Part shown: in pieces, positions 48,121-60,474 of the stretch
Layout: every line of letters starts with the position of its first letter
Numbering within the stretch: the first letter of the stretch is position 1
Assembly: GCA_038496445.1 (NCBI GenBank)
Contig: JALMLS010000289.1
Span: 1-64,000, forward strand
Reading direction: 5' to 3'
Length of the DNA stretch: 64,000 nt
Source of the DNA: Trichosphaerium sp. ATCC 40318
Lineage: Eukaryota > Protista > Tubulinea
Made by a program: the position numbers and the translations under genes
Notes under the pieces: generated by a model
What the model saw: the letters and a program-made list of their open reading frames with translations, nothing else
Told to the model about the DNA's origin: nothing
Databases searched by the model: none

Positions 48121-49926
48121 TCAAAGTTTCGATTGCCAACGCCAAGTGTTCAGGTCAATATTTCCTCCTACAATGGTTTTAGCGTGCAGCCATTGTCAAA
48201 AAAAACAAAAAAAATCATACCTGACAAGATCAGGCCAACACGTGATATACCCGTTTTTGATTTAAATTCGTCGCTCAATACAACAGCTAATGGTATAGCA
48301 CCACTAGGCTCGACAACCTTTTATACTTGTTAGACAACCTCAAGACAAATTCAAAAAAAAAATCAAAAAAAAGAGTTAGAGTATCGAGCGCACAATTTTC
48401 ATCCTCTCCCATATCAATCTCATTGCAGCCCTGACTTGATCATCGTTTACAGTAATAATATCTTCCAAGTGAGTCTTTTAGTCGTTAGCAAAATGTCATA
48501 ACCTTAGTGAATGATAGTTCTTGGCACGTGCAAACAATCACGGTTGTACGTACATGCATAATAGGGAAAGTGTTACTACCCAAGTTTGTCCTAACAAAAG
48601 TGTCAACAATACACCAGTTGTAGGGTACTAACCTCAACCCATCACAAATAGTATCAACAGTTTCATTTTCTATTATACGACCACCTTTGATAGATCTTTT
48701 TGCGTCATTAGCACCTTAAAGAGAATAAGCAATTTACTTTCCTCAAAGGGTTTCTCTTGAAGTAAGGACTTACCTTCTGGCTCTGCACCAAAAATACGAA
48801 TGGATGGATTGACGCCTTTGGCGGCAATACATACACCAGACATCATACCACCACCTCCCGTAGGAGCAATAATAGCATCAAGATCTTAACAACCACGTGA
48901 ACATAAAAATATAATGATATTATTACCTTTTGCTTGTTCTAGCAATTCAAGCGCCATTGTACCTAAAACCGCTTAGCGCTGCGCAAAGGAAAACGTTTCA
49001 ATGATAGCATTTCGTTAAGGGCTAGAAGCATTGGAGAAATGAAGAGAAAAAAATGATGTTGTTGTAAATTCAATAATAAAAAAATACGTTACCTTGTCCT
49101 GCTATTACTCTAACGTCATTTGATGGGTGTATAAACGTAGCTCCAGTATCTTTAAGAACCTTTTCACATACTTGTTCTCTTGCTACGGGTGAGCTTGGTG
49201 CTGTAGTAATAATACCACCTTAAAAACAAAGTCAAAAGAAACCAAAACCCAAAAAACAAAGTAGATACCATATCCTTTTACTGCCCTTCTCTTGACTTAA
49301 AACAAAGATACATTAGTACAACATATATACAAATATAACAGTACCGGCTGGTGCATTTTCTGGCATAACGATGTGAGCAGCTACAACGCAAAATGTCAGG
49401 TACACAATTCAAAAGGGTAAAAAAAAAAAGTCACTTACCAATGCCTCTAACTCTAGCTGCAAGCGCTACTGCTTGCGCATGATTGCCAGAACTTGATCAC
49501 GTGTTAAAACATAAATTGATCACGTGCTAAAATCGAGGTCACCTGTGAGTTGCTACGCCTTTGGAGGCCGCCTCTTCTGAAAGCGAGAAAACCGCGTTAC
49601 AAGCACCACGAAATTTAAAAGCGCCAATCTATCTTGTATTTGTACTCATTACAACAATACTGATTTAAACATACCTTTTGGAAGTTCTCACACTAAATGA
49701 GAATATGTTAAACAGATATTACAACAGTTAGGGCGTTTTTACCTTAAAAAATAATTTACGTCCAGCCATGGCATCCAATGTAGAACTAGTAAGAACTGGC
49801 GTGCATTTAATGCTTAAAAACGATTATTGATGTCAAAGCGCTAAACTGCTATCCGTACAGACTTTTTATGCGTTCACGCGCATCTAGAACATCCTGATAG
49901 GACACAGGCAACTTTCCAGAACTCAT
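48121..49926 (-). CDS. SRR: Serine racemase / threo-3-hydroxyaspartate ammonia-lyase (PLP fold type II), many short introns
   Basis: TPVLTSSTLD, FKCENFQKIGAFKFRGA (PLP Lys), HSSGNHAQAVA, HPSNDVRVIAGQGT, PTGGGGM, DTICDGL, VVEPSGA, LSGGNID. Confidence 0.93.
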
Positions 49927-50150
49927 ACTAGCACTTTAAAAGCGAGATTCAGAAAAACAAAAAGCGACTTAACAAAATGCATACATAAGTAACTCTTTTT
50001 GTTTACTTTCGTTTTCTTGATCTACTATACAATTCACTGCGCACTAGTGTACACTATAAGCTTGTTTACAATGATAATTGCATGAAGCTTGCGTTTTAAA
50101 CAGTGTGGGTTTAAGTTCTTCCACAATTTGTCCTCAAGTAACATTGGACA

Positions 50151-51234
50151 TTAATCCAAGTCCATTGGTTCCGGTTCTTGTCGCCGTGTGCGTGTTGGTT
50201 GTCCATTTGGCACACCTCTAGGCGAATTTTGTACACCTCTAGGTGAATTCTGAGGTGAGTTCCCAGGAGACACATTAAGCGGTACAGGAAGCTGCATGTA
50301 GTTTCCAACGACCTTCTTAATGGACGGTAAAGCGACTTGGCCATCGTCAAAGTCACCTATGAATGGTGCAAGTAACTTGGGCTCAGTAGGCTTTTTTGGC
50401 TGCCAATACATCTGTCCTTGACGAGGAGACTATTTTTAAACGTGTAAGTTCAGAAACCACGAAAACATGGGGCAAAGAAAACGCCCAGAAAGGATTCTGA
50501 CTTTTAGGAAAATCCCGAAAATACGAAAAAAAAAACTTACTTGGTATGGAGATGGTGTATCTACAGGTGGCCTATGTGGAGGACCAGCTCTAGGAGAGTA
50601 TGGCGTCCTTGGAGACGGATGAGAACGGGGAGAAGGGTGAATACGAGGCGAATGTACATCTAAGTGGCTATTATTAATACACAACTAGAGATATCGCGGT
50701 AAACTGAAAAATCAAACATTAAACTCAGATTTTTGTGAAAAGTTGGGAGAAAAATAGGCACAAAACAAAAAAGATTAAAAAACGTACTTGACGCCATACG
50801 AGGTGAGTATCTATCCCTAGGAGAACCTCCCCTAGAAGGGGACGGTTGGGAAAAGTATGGAAATGGGGGCTGTTGTTGCTGTGACGAAGCGGAATTTGGC
50901 TGACTGTTTGGAGAACCTCTACCGCTTCCTGAGCTGCTACCACTCCTTGGAGACTCCACGCGTGTAAATGCAGAGCCACTTCCCGGCGCTTTGAGGGGTT
51001 AGCATTCGAATATGGAATGTGTCGGTGTTTTAATTCAAAAAAAAATTTTACAGTTTTCGTACTTTTTTTGTATTTACCAATGGGTAACATTGGAATTTTT
51101 GGTTTTTGTGCTTGATGAGTGAGTTGTCCGCTTTTGCGCACGTTATTTGTAAATTGTTTTATTTCAGGAGGAATCACCGTTCTTGATAACCTCCAGTTAT
51201 TGACCATTGAACGAGGTGGATTTGCGGGGTTCAT
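50151..51234 (-). CDS. Low-complexity Ser/Pro-rich protein with SPR repeats (5' end unresolved)
   Basis: Exons with repeated SPR motifs (HSPRIHPSPRSHPSPRTPYSPR; NSPRGVQNSPRGV) joined by GT-AG introns. Confidence 0.55.
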
Positions 51235-52473
51235 TAGCCTAGAAAATTAAAGCGTAAGGCAATGGATGACGTAAGTTATTAAATTACACGATAATACACT
51301 TGTATAATACGCTATTATAAGAGCATAGAATAACGCTAAGGCGAAGAAGGTAAAATTGGCTCATTATTTTTTTTTTTGTTGCTTTTTTGTTTTTTTCATA
51401 ACTTGGAAGCTAAACTATTTATTTGGTTGTTTTAGAAAATAGGCACTTTGCTTGAAAACCAAAAAAAAAAAATCATACAATTGTTGTATTTGCGGTGTTT
51501 GTAAACAAGACGAGTTTATAGAAACTTTTATCGGGTGGCTGTGTAAAAGGTATTGTTGTATAAATATGTAAAAGTATGAATTAGCGCTAATTAAAGTGAT
51601 CCCTTCACAGGAGGCGAACTGATCAACAAAAAGAGCGCTAATTATGCGTAAAGTGCTTGAAAAGTGCTATGGATATACGTACCAGCTTGTAATACAAGAT
51701 CTGGCGACAACTCGCAAAGAGTAGTCCTAGAAAGCGCAAGCGTTGCACCAAAAGGTTTGTGAGCGCCCTTGAAAGGACCTAAACTAGTGTACCGGTGAGC
51801 CCAATGTCGAGCTGCGAGGTAAACCGGCTGTTTGGGAAATAAAATGTAAGAAAATAGATTTTCTGAAAAATGAACATGTGAAGTGTTGCAGTTATGTTCA
51901 ATGCACAAAAACCAATAAGATACAAGTAAGGGCGTTTAATTTCGTAACACAAATGCGGAATTGTCGTGTCTTAAAATAGTGTCCCAGGGACTTTGTTTTC
52001 CGTTTGTCATTCAAATGATATAATAACACATGTGTAGTGTCCCGCATTCTCTTGGTATTTCAGTGACCTTGGCGTGACCTTGGCGGGTGTCTTAGGTATT
52101 ACCTCACGAATTAACTTTGGGCGGTGTTTTCATAACTTACAAAGGCAGAATACAGCACAATATCGCGTTCTTAGTAATAGAATGTAGGTGCCTTTTATGT
52201 AATCTTTTTTATCTATGACATATATTGAAGCTTGATCTTTAACATTGTTACGAACATATTTGTGCAACACCACACGACGTGTCATAGTCAGTATCGTGGC
52301 TAGCAATAAAGCGAAGCTTGCAGGTTTCTTTCTCGAGCGTTTTAGGAACGTAGGAAGGCTGAACAAGGCCTTAATGTCTTTAAGTGTTTGTAGCTCACAG
52401 AAAATAAGCGTTGTGTCTATACTTTGTGCTGAGTGTTTCGTAAACACTAGTTGAGCATTTACTTTGGTAAATC

Positions 52474-53755
52474 ATGCAAACAGCCAAGCCTAAATCACAT
52501 GTTGAGTATGTATCGAGCCCTAGTTTGACAAACGGCACCTTCAGCCCGGGATGGAGCGAACTTGATGTCAATATTCTCAAGTTAGGTATTAAAAAGTTTG
52601 GAGTGGGCCGGTGGACTGAGTTAATGGCGTCGGGCTGTTTGCCAGGTAAAACGAAAAATCAACTGATGTTACAACTGCAACGGATAATGGGTCAGCAATC
52701 CCTATCAGGTACGTAGAGTGTAAATTACGCGTCTACAGAAGTTATAAGTCAAAATCAACTCTAAAACGGTTCAGAATACATGGGTATTCATCTAGATCCA
52801 GAAGCAGTGGGCAGAGCGAACGCAGCAAACAAGTATGCTAAACGTAAAAAGCCTGGCGGTATCATTATCAACGATGGAGGTACGCATACAACAAATAAGG
52901 GTTCAGTTGTAACACCTACTATAGCGCCAATTAATAAGGACGAGAATGCCAAAAAAGTTGAGGAAAACACTGAAAAGTACGTGTACAATGTTTACTTCCG
53001 CGTGAACTACGCGAAGAAGGTGTTTAGAAACTACAAAATAAAATTCGTATTTTTCAAACTTACAATTTGCCTGTTTAGGTATGGCCTTCCTTTAGAAGAG
53101 ATTGAAGGTATTGATTTACCTGATAGGCGTAATGAATATAACGCTGTCTTCGACAGAGCATTAAAGAAACGTCGCTTGGCAATGCTACAAGCTCGATTAC
53201 AAACGTACCAAACGCGTTTGGTTTCATTGGCTGATGAAGGCGCAAATAAGGAAACAAAAAATTCTGAAGACAAAGGAGCTGTCTTAGCTGATTGTAAAGA
53301 CGACCAAACTACTGGTGTATTGATGGCAAACGCAGAGGAGAATAAAGTAAAGGTTCTAAAGAGGAAACGTGGAAGGAAGAAAGGACATACGAATGCTTCT
53401 GTTTACAAGCACTTTTATCCAGATGAGAAAGCTCCAGTTGAGCATGACGAAGATAGTGATAGAAAGCTTGCTATGGCTTTAGCAAAAGAGGAACAATTAA
53501 GAGCGTTATATTATCAATCGGAGATAGTACATACAAGCGACTACGAGTATAGTGATGATGTTAATGCAGACTCAGACTTTCAGGTATTTACTCTTTTTTT
53601 TTTTAATGTTGTTCATTTTTTTTTGTGCTTACTGTTGCCTCTAGTTGCCAAAAACAAAGAAACAACGCAGGCGCGGGCGTAAGGAATCTGTAGAAATAGT
53701 ACAAGAACGTGTTTTTTCTACACAAGCCCCAACACCGTCACGTAGGTACCTATGA
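52474..53755 (+). CDS. Myb/homeobox-like HTH protein similar to the p1 subunit of the MTA1c/AMT1 DNA 6mA methyltransferase complex
   Basis: SPGWSELDVNILKLGIKKFGVGRWTELMASGCLPGKTKNQLMLQLQRIMGQQSLS|EYMGIHLD...N...KRK...IIINDG matches the conserved core I recall for p1; spliced; acidic/basic tail. Confidence 0.8.
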
Positions 53756-53870
53756 GGAAATGAACATGGTAGAGGGATATTTTTGTACAATACAATTAAC
53801 TTGTTATATTAACTGAAACGTTTTTGTTTTATTTTGAACGCGTAACGTGTTTTTGTTTACTCGCTAAAGG

Positions 53871-55142
53871 TTATCTCATTGTTATAATATTGCCAAGTGT
53901 ATTTGAGGGTTGTAATGAATATTGTGGTTTGGATGGTTTATAGTAATTCAGTATCTTTTGCAAATCTTGGTTTAGAGACAAACCATGAGTCTCTAAGCTC
54001 ACATACTTTGTTTAAAGGGAAGTGAGTAAGAGTATGGTCATTGAAAGCCATTAAATTATCCTCTCCAGCTTGGAAGTATGCTGATTGTAATACTGGTAAA
54101 ACCTACACAAAGTTATAAGCAACTTAGTGGAAATTGGATGAGTATGTGTACGCGTTTAATAGCGTTCCCTTTTTCAAGCTTCTTAATCATGTCATAGCGG
54201 TGTAAATCGTTACCCAAAATAATCACCTTTGTGAGACGGACAGGACTCCAATTGCTCACAAGTAGATTATGATACAAACTCTAAAGAGTAGTTTATAGTA
54301 AGTCTTTTAGCTCTTTTCGTTGTTTCATAGTTGTCTCCTACCTTTGGACAATGAGGCATGTAGAATAATACAGGCTCAGCAGATTCAATAATAAACTTTC
54401 CTTGATCGTTATTTTCCAGAACAGTGCATCCATTCCTTGATACAACAGTTGAAAAAAACACGTTTTTTGAATATTTGATTTTGCTTGTTTTTTAACTTAC
54501 TGGCTGATTATTCTCTTATCGAGTTGTGTTAAAGCTGGATCAAATACGCTCACGTTTTTTACCTACAAAATATAAGTTGAACAAGGCACTATGGAATAGA
54601 GAGGTGAATTTGTGAAAAAAATAAGAAAGTTTGTTTGGACGTCCAAACCGGATAATGCTGGTCTATGTATACCTTTAGTGTTGTCCTTATCTTCAAGAGT
54701 AACGCGAATTGGTTTCTGGCATTGAGTGAGTGTTGTAGGGAGCCAAGACCGTAGCAGACGATTTCTGATAATTTCGGCTTTGAAATATCAATTAATAGCG
54801 TAGATATTGTTTCTATAGCAATTTCGTGAGTCTTTTAGTGCGTCGAAGAGCTATCTTACTTGTAATAGACCTAGTTATTGGTGCATTGTTTATTTCTGCT
54901 CTAATCACTTTTAATTACGCTTTAATTTAATCCTTATCGTACTTGACACGCTTTAAAGCAGCAAACAAGTCACTGTGCTTTGAAGTGTTTATTAGTGACC
55001 CAGCAATATTCCTACTCGCTTCTATTGCCTCATCATAGCGATTTTGGGACCTATTCGCTCCTTTCTTCAATCAAATCAGAACAAACCGTTACAACCACGG
55101 CAATACTTTACGTTTCACAACAGTAAACCCTCCTTCTTCCAT
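53871..55142 (-). CDS. SRR1: SRR1-domain protein (sensitivity to red light reduced 1-like)
   Basis: GFTVV N-terminus; IVCYGLGS, ARNQFALLL, VFDP, NDQGK, LFYMPHCPKSLYHNLLVSNW, ILGN, AFND. Confidence 0.9.
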
Positions 55143-55298
55143 CCTATTAGCGTGGGCCATTGTATCTTGGCTTCAAATATCAAATTGTTACGTCTTACTT
55201 CGTGAACTTCGTGAAATTTTGTGGCGCACATTTTTAGGAACTTAAGTCAGCCGTGGTCATCATAACTCACAAAATACAACTGGTGTGCACAAAACATC

Positions 55299-55851
55299 AT
55301 GAGTTTAGAACGTATGAAAGAATTCTTCAATGCTCTCGACTCTGGCAAAGGATACGATGCAATTAAGAAGTACGCTGTTCCAAATGCTACATTTGATAGC
55401 CAAACAAAGCTACTTGCCGACACCAAAACTCTAGAAGCATACGCTGAATGGGCAAAATGTACGACCATTTTTTTGTGTTTGAAATAAAACAAGATTCTCA
55501 ACTTCAAAAAAAAAGTCAAGAATTCCCTTCTATGTTCCTTAAAAAAAAAGCAAAGTAGTTCTCGCTGACGTCTTTACAGTTGGATCTGAGCAAATAATGC
55601 CTGATTGCAGACATGAGCTTCTTTCTATGTCTTGCAATGGTGATATTTACATGGCTTATGCTCGGTTTTATGGTACTCATACAGGTCCTGCTGGACCAGT
55701 GCCACCAACAAACAAAAAGGCAGTATTTGACTATGTGTATGTTATTTACACAAAAGATGATAAGATTACACATCTGACAAAGGTTTGGAATGACCATCAT
55801 ACAGCATTACAGCTGGGATGGGAAAAAGAACCAGAACATCAAAAGAAATAA
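55299..55851 (+). CDS. SnoaL-like / ester cyclase (NTF2-fold) protein, 2 exons
   Basis: FFNALDSGKGY..ATFDSQ..TLEAYAEW|..PD..FYGTHTGPAGPVPPTNK...DYVYVI...DKITHLTKVWND...QLGW; the GTACGA..CAG intron keeps the frame. Confidence 0.85.
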
Positions 55852-57394
55852 ATAATTGTTTTTAAAGTTCTTTGCAACTGCTTACCTCTTTCGACTCGCT
55901 TACCTAAATGACTGATCACACAGATAGCTATTACTAACATGTAGATGTGCTGCCAAGTTATATGGTGTTAACAATACTTTGTTCTGCTGCATGCACGACA
56001 TAGTTTTTTACAAGCCTTAACCAACAAAAAAGTGCCCGTGTCCAACAAATCGTTTGGTAATTACAAAAGTACAATTCGCGACCACGTTTTCTTTTGAAGT
56101 TCGGTTCACAAAGACAAATTCATAATATAAAGAGTTAGTGGTACATTTTTCGGGTCTTGATAAAAACAAGCTTGTGTTTACTGTGGCAAGATGATAAGCT
56201 TGTAGTACAACTCTTTTTGTGAAAGAAGAACGGACGTGAACAAATTTACTAAACGGGATGAAACAACCTGATACCAACCGGTTTTTTTTAAACGTCGTTA
56301 CTACACCGAGTTTGTTAACGAATTAACATAACAGAAAACCCGTTAACGACAAAGCGTTCCGAATTCCTCCAATGGAAATTCCTAAGCAGTTTTGGTATTT
56401 TTATTTTATTGGTTAGCATTCAGGGTAATTATAGTGCTTTTCTACGCTGTCATTGTACTGTTTTATTTACAAAAAACTACGTTTAACTTGCAAAACAAAA
56501 CGTTATTCCAATATCGTCTTTAAAGCAAAGAATGATATTCCAAACATCTCTTAAAAGGTAAAACAGTGTATGGTGTAACTAAAACAGCTTTTTACGCTTA
56601 TGCGTTAACGGTTTCGTAATTCGTAACTTCCTATTTGTACCCACTATTAACCTTCATGAATACCCCACGACCTTCCCACTACTCTAATAAACGTAACCAA
56701 CACATCAAAAACGCCTTTCGCGCATTTGTAGACACGTGGTAGCATTGTGCAGTTTTTCCCGAAATAGGTGCCAACGTGCTACATTAATAGCGTAGTGTAG
56801 CGCTTCGCGATCCTACCAGTGTTCATGCTTAGCTATAACAGGCGAACATAGCTAAGCAGTAGAGTTTTCTAGTATTCCAGCACTAGATACTACGACGTAT
56901 GAACGCGTTATGTTGTGCTGGTACATTTAATACGCTTTGACATGCTTGACATGTAAAAAACGGAAACTGGCGTCTGCAAGGCGAGAAAATAAACAAAACC
57001 GCAGGCGTTAATTGTATAGCGTTTGTTGAACTTATATGAATTCTAGATTGATTATAAGCTATGTCAGAGTGATAATAATAGCATGATTGATCTCCTGTAG
57101 CCTTTAAAAAGAAACAGTTGCAATCTTGTAGATCAACGGAGAATAAAACGTACGTAACTACAACAGCGATGGCGTTTCTAGATGGTATAGTTATGTAAAT
57201 CCAAACACGCGTTCTAGTATTGGTTTATTTTCACATTTTATGGCATCATGAGGTGTTTTTTTCTTGAATTCTATGATGCTTGTAATAATGTTTTAAAACC
57301 TTTTATAATAGCACTGCGGACACCGGAGTAGATTCTCCTCAAAAACTACCAGTTTAAGATTCCTTTAAGTTCCATAAAATTATAAATTCTACAG

Positions 57395-59934
57395 AACAAC
57401 CCACTCTTCTACAAAGCTAATATGAGCAAAACAAAGACTAAAGTTATAATGTCAACAGCTTGCGTTGATCAATACAAAGCGTGCGTAGTTGCTTTTAGTG
57501 TAAAGAGTTGAAAAACATCTTTGTGGTTTCACTTGTTGAAGTGGGACTGCCTTGGTAGTTCACAACACGCTTTCCGTGTATTCAAAGAGCTAACTGGAAT
57601 TTAGAATCGTTGGAGAACATGAACAAGAACGTTGTTTCCTTATCTACAAGATAGAAAAGAGAGACGGAAAGAACGCTGTGACCTTAGAGCGTTTGATTCT
57701 ATCAAAGGATGAACAACAACATATTTTTGCCCAACTACCTCAAACGAACCACGTATTGTTATTGTGAACTATGGAACGGATAAAAAGAAGCTACCTGCAC
57801 TTATCTTTTGGTACGCTCATTGTTTTGTTTTAAAAACACTCTCTCACTCCAAACCAACCGCTTGACTTTTGTTTTCTCTATAAAAAGAGCGCTCTCTCTT
57901 TCTGCGTGAAGTTTATTGTTTTCTAAAAAGTATCGGCATTTTTTTTCGGCACAAATAGCTGTATTTCTATTATAAAACAACAAGGAATTCAGACAAGTGT
58001 TCCTAAACCACTAGCAAATTTTTCCAAAATGGTTTCTGTCTTATTTTGTGAATTGGGTCTTTTTTTGCTTATTTGTCATCTCAAGGTGCCCAGCAAGCTC
58101 TATAGATAAGAAAAAAGAACTATATAGCGGAATCAGGTCTGTTATGGCAGAATCACTTGACGTACGATCTAAAAACCTCAAAACAGTTTTTTTATTTTAA
58201 ATGAAACAATCTTTGTTAAACGTTTACTCATTGACTACTCAGGCGTCAATATCTTTTGAAGCATTTACAAAACATCCTGATGCACATAAAAAACACGACC
58301 GATTTGAAGAATACTTGAACTCTATGCCTTTAGACTGCGAAGTAGAACCATATCCTTTCTCAAAGTGAGTAGAAAGAGATAAGCTCCCAATCAAGAGCTC
58401 ACCACTCAAATGAGAAAAAGCCCGCTAGATGGCTTTCATCATTTGGTCCTTTAGAACCTCTCTGCCTTGCTCATCAAGGTTTTTTCATTTAAGAGAGACA
58501 TACTAGTAGTAATCGATTGTAAATTAGCAAAATGTACATAAAGCTGTCACATATTCCCTCAAATACCTGCCAACGTTGAGCTGTAGCGGATGAATTAATG
58601 TTTGGGTATTCTACTATGACTTCTACCGGAATTAGTTAGACCGGAGAGGTCTTTATTGTCGACAACGAGCGATGGATGAGTACTTGAATGGTGAATTCAC
58701 GTTTTCAATACAGTTGACTCCTGTACTGCGACATTGCGTCATTTTTTCGTTAATAAGTATAAAAGAAGTAAGTGGTTGTCACAAGTGACTAAATGTGTTT
58801 GGTACGATGGTAGTTCACGTTTGCGAAACACGAGACTATTGAAGAAAAATAGCAAAAAAGCGTACACTGTTGTTTTTTCCAATAGTTGCAGCATCTTGGT
58901 TGGCTATCATTGGGCGTGCGGCACTATCAATTGGCGTAATATAATGTCACAAATATACCATATTTATGTTTCTGGGTTGTATACTATCAAAACAATTGGC
59001 GACTCATTCGTTAAAACACCTCTAGATGATCCAGACAGCACTTTTCGACTTGATGTAGGAGGTAGGTCGTTTTACTGCCTTCAATAACTACAGAAAGATC
59101 GCTTGTAGAGCCATAATACTCTCATTGCGTATCATTTGCTATAATAAGATAGTAATTGTTATTTACTCTGATGATTGGATAGGAACGCGGTATAACCTAG
59201 AAGCTAACCCATCAACGTCTTCTAAACGTGCAATAACTATGCAAGTATTTCAAAATGTGTTTTGGCCGAAACGATCTGCAGGCATACTAGTTATAAACTC
59301 TAACGCACGTACACCTTTCTTTACGTAAAAAAAACACAGATACCACATTCCTTTACTAGCAAACAAAAACATCTCAAAACAAACGCTAACGCTGTCCTAG
59401 GGTAATGACTTCACTTTAACACTATCTAAAGCGATACACAAGTTTTCGTCAAAATTGAACACATATGCGCTTTCTAAATCTAAAAAGAATACCACAATAA
59501 ACCTAGACATAAGCTTTGAGAAGATTGGAGGTCTTACGCTACGAAGACGTAAAAAATCGGATTCGCCAAAACATACGAGAAAACACTCAGATTCACCAAA
59601 ACACACAAGAAAACGATCAGAGTCAGCTAGACATACACGTACAAAGTCACTATTACGTTCTCCAAGGCATAGAAAGAAAAAAAGGGCAGAATCAGCCTCT
59701 CCTAGAGCTCGTAGAGCTACTATATCTCGTTCGAGTTCAGATAGAAGTACTGATCCTGAATTACAGAACTTTTGGTCTTATCTCGATGTACTCGTTGATG
59801 AAGATCATAAAAAGAGACAACGGATACCAGAGCAAGCAGAGGCACCTGTTATATTACCTACCTTGATGGATTTTATAGCTGCTTCAAAGTCACCTAGAGA
59901 GAAAAAGAATAGGTCGTTGACTGATACACTTTAG
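57395..59934 (+). CDS. Hypothetical multi-exon protein with basic Ser/Arg/His-rich C-terminal repeats (5' end unresolved)
   Basis: In-frame spliced exons around 58086-58364 and 59180-59304; last exon 59401-59934 carries 10-aa repeats SDSPKHTRKH/SDSPKHTRKR/SESARHTRTK. Confidence 0.45.
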
Positions 59935-60474
59935 TTTTTGCTCTTCAACGCTGTAAAAAAAAAACTATCAGCTCACCATGTATTATAATAATAAAGTCGA
60001 ATTCGATTTTTCCCGAACTTGAAGCAAGGTATGTAGTCCCTATTTGCTTGAACTGAAGTACTTATGCCACGGTACCGTCTGAGGCCCATTAATTATGAGA
60101 AGGATGCTTCCTGGATTTATCAACGCCCTCTTCTTTGTGTATTGTTTTTTACAATAAAAGCGTCATATGCTGGAGTTACTACTTTGGGATTGGATTTTAT
60201 TTTCTTGAACTACAACGCTCTACTTCTTTAAGTTCACCATGTCATATTATTCCCGCAGGATGTACGCTATCACATCAGCCTCAATCACTTCTACACACGG
60301 TTATATAAAATAAACCCGAAAGATCTTTTCACTTGAATTTTACGTCTTCACAACATCATCATTGGGCGGATAGTAACTATCCCATGATCAAGGCTAATCT
60401 TTGGAATTAATGTGATTTTATTTTTATCCTCAGACTTGAATGTTCAACAATCGTTTCATTTCATTTGTACAAAC

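Noticed and set aside
52063-52085. Short tandem GTGACCTTGGC x2 (also CTTCGTGAA x2 near 55198 and GATCACGTG x2 near 49495)
   Set aside because: Too short to assign a function; could be promoter motifs or slippage duplications.
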